Positions 62,065 to 64,000 of a stretch of 64,000 nt of DNA are shown in pieces (the stretch's first letter is position 1; every line of letters begins with the position of its first letter). The notes beneath the pieces were generated by a model. It had not been told where the DNA came from and made no database searches. It worked only from the letters and a program-made list of their open reading frames with translations. A program made the position numbers and the translations under genes. This stretch comes from Octopus sinensis (Eukaryota): the NCBI RefSeq assembly GCF_006345805.1, contig NC_043012.1, forward strand, positions 37,324,001-37,388,000, read 5' to 3'.

Positions 62065-63639
62065 TATATATATATATATATAACATATATATATATATAT
62101 ATATATATATACACTTTGTTTTGAAGTGTTATATACTATGCTTAGCAAACCAATTTAGACCTCTATACATACATTATAGTACACTCCTGTGTATACATTC
62201 GTAATATGCATAGTGTTTATATAGCCATACTGGACTATATCACTTGGAATGTATTGAATGGAATGTATATAAAGCAGGTTTACCATAGAAATGATAAATT
62301 TTTCTATGGTGTACATTGGTATATACATATATACATACACACATTCACTCTTACAGTTATACACACACACGTGTATATGTGTATACACACATGCACACAC
62401 ACACACATATATATATATATGCATATATATACACACACATAATGTCTTAGAGAATGTGAAATTCTTTAAAAAGAAAAACACTCATTCCATCCCATAAGAA
62501 AAAGATTTAATGATTTAATTTTTAAAAAAATAATTAAATAATGATTGGATGGTGTAATTGTTATATTTAAAATTTGTAAGGCTGGGAAATAATTTGAAAA
62601 TCTCTGAATCCACTTGTTCTCTAGAAAGAAAGAGTTGATAAAGAACGTAGTTCCAAAACTTCAAGAAGCCATCATCAACTTTGTGGTGGTCCATGTGTTA
62701 TTGTTCTTCATGTTGTTCAAGAAATAACCTACCCATCACTCTTTGTGTCGTTCTCTCCCCAGCTCCCCCCCCCCTCCATTTGCCTACTTCTGTTGGCTGT
62801 GTGATATTAAATGTCAGAAAGGTTGTGTGTCCCGCATTCTCTCTCAACGAGATTGTAACCATGTTTCAATGCCTTGTTTTTTTTGTTTTATTACTATTAT
62901 CATTATCATCATTATTATTATTATTATTATTATCATTTCCCCCCTCCCTTCTAACATCATCATCATTTTAACTAATTATCTATGTCTAATCTGCATTTAA
63001 TCATTTTTTAAAAATCATACGATTAACGAACATATAAACACAATACAAACACAAGCACAAAAAAAAAATGTACATTTCGTCTCCATTAAAATGCTGACCC
63101 CGTCTCCACCACTACATCTCCCACCCCCAATCTCATCCCATTTTCTAAGGTATTCATTTTCTGCTCCCTTTTTTCCTCCCACAAGAATCCCTTTCATTTG
63201 GTGTTTAAACATCCCATACTTACTTCATTCGGGGACACACATCTTCCCTGTATCAGAAGCAAGGTTTTTTACTTTCTTTTTTAAAATTTATTTATTTTTC
63301 TGTTGTTGTTGTTTCTTCTTCTATATCACTTTTCCTAATGAGGTTGTTACCTAATTAGTGTTAATTTAGTGTTACTTAATTAGTGTTATCGTTTTATCAG
63401 GTTGGTTGTTTGTTGTTTGTAGGGTATCATTATATAAATGTGAACTTCCCATTTCATTACCAGAATTTCTTTTTTAAACATTAAATATAATATTTGACAT
63501 CTCCCTGTATTCGAGGTCAGTAAACTGCAATATGACCTCAATAGCCAACAGACTGACCCTGTGGCCCATGAACTATCTGCTGTCTCACACACACATGCAC
63601 ACACACACACACACGTGTATATATATATATATATATATA

Positions 63640-63975
63640 TAGGTAAAGATCCTCTTTGGTCACACATGACCAGAGGATTGGACCTAGAAAGTTACCCTCC
63701 GAGGCACAAGTCCAGGCAAGGTTGTTCATGGAAGACCAGCAGTCGCCCATGCATACCAGCCTCCCCTCTCCATGCCACCGATGTTATCCAAGAGAATGGC
63801 AATGGTCAGTAGAGCTTGGCACCGGTGACATTGCAACTCATTTCTACAGCTGAGTGAATTGGAGCAACGTGAAATAAGATGTCTTACTCAAGAATACAAC
63901 ATGCAGCCTGGTCTGGGAATCAAACTCACAACCTCATGATGGTAAGCATGACCCTCCACTGAGCCATGCACCTTC
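63640..63975 (-). mobile_element. tRNA-headed SINE (family D-related), near full length
   Basis: Minus head GTGAAGGTGCATGGCTCAGTGG...GAGTTTGATTCCCAGACCAGGC; body matches 46550-46820. Confidence 0.72.
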
Positions 63976-64000
63976 ACAATATGTACATGTGTATATATAT

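Overview
AT-rich, microsatellite-dense eukaryotic DNA. The SINE and MITE complement and repeat style suggest an octopus or related cephalopod genome (inference). One host gene is supported: the last four coding exons (31366-35238, + strand) of a DUSP8/DUSP16 (MKP-7/puckered-type) MAP kinase phosphatase, with an intact HCLAGISRS active site and a long Ser/Thr-rich tail. Its upstream rhodanese-domain exons were not found in the window. The rest is intron or intergenic sequence filled with tRNA-derived SINEs of at least four types, piggyBac-, Tc1/mariner-, Tc2- and hAT-type MITEs, and decayed R4/Dong, RTE, Helitron and Penelope fragments. The most notable signal is a set of five minimal hammerhead-ribozyme-like cores from two families. 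Family 1 sits in a Penelope 3' end with the layout GIY-YIG ORF, tRNA-like Pol III box, (TAA)n, hammerhead (8181-8846), and also in a 387-bp fold-back insertion with 13-bp target-site duplications and two divergent hammerheads (40009-40395). Family 2 occurs at 4801-4834 and 58540-58574. SINE coordinates are approximate.
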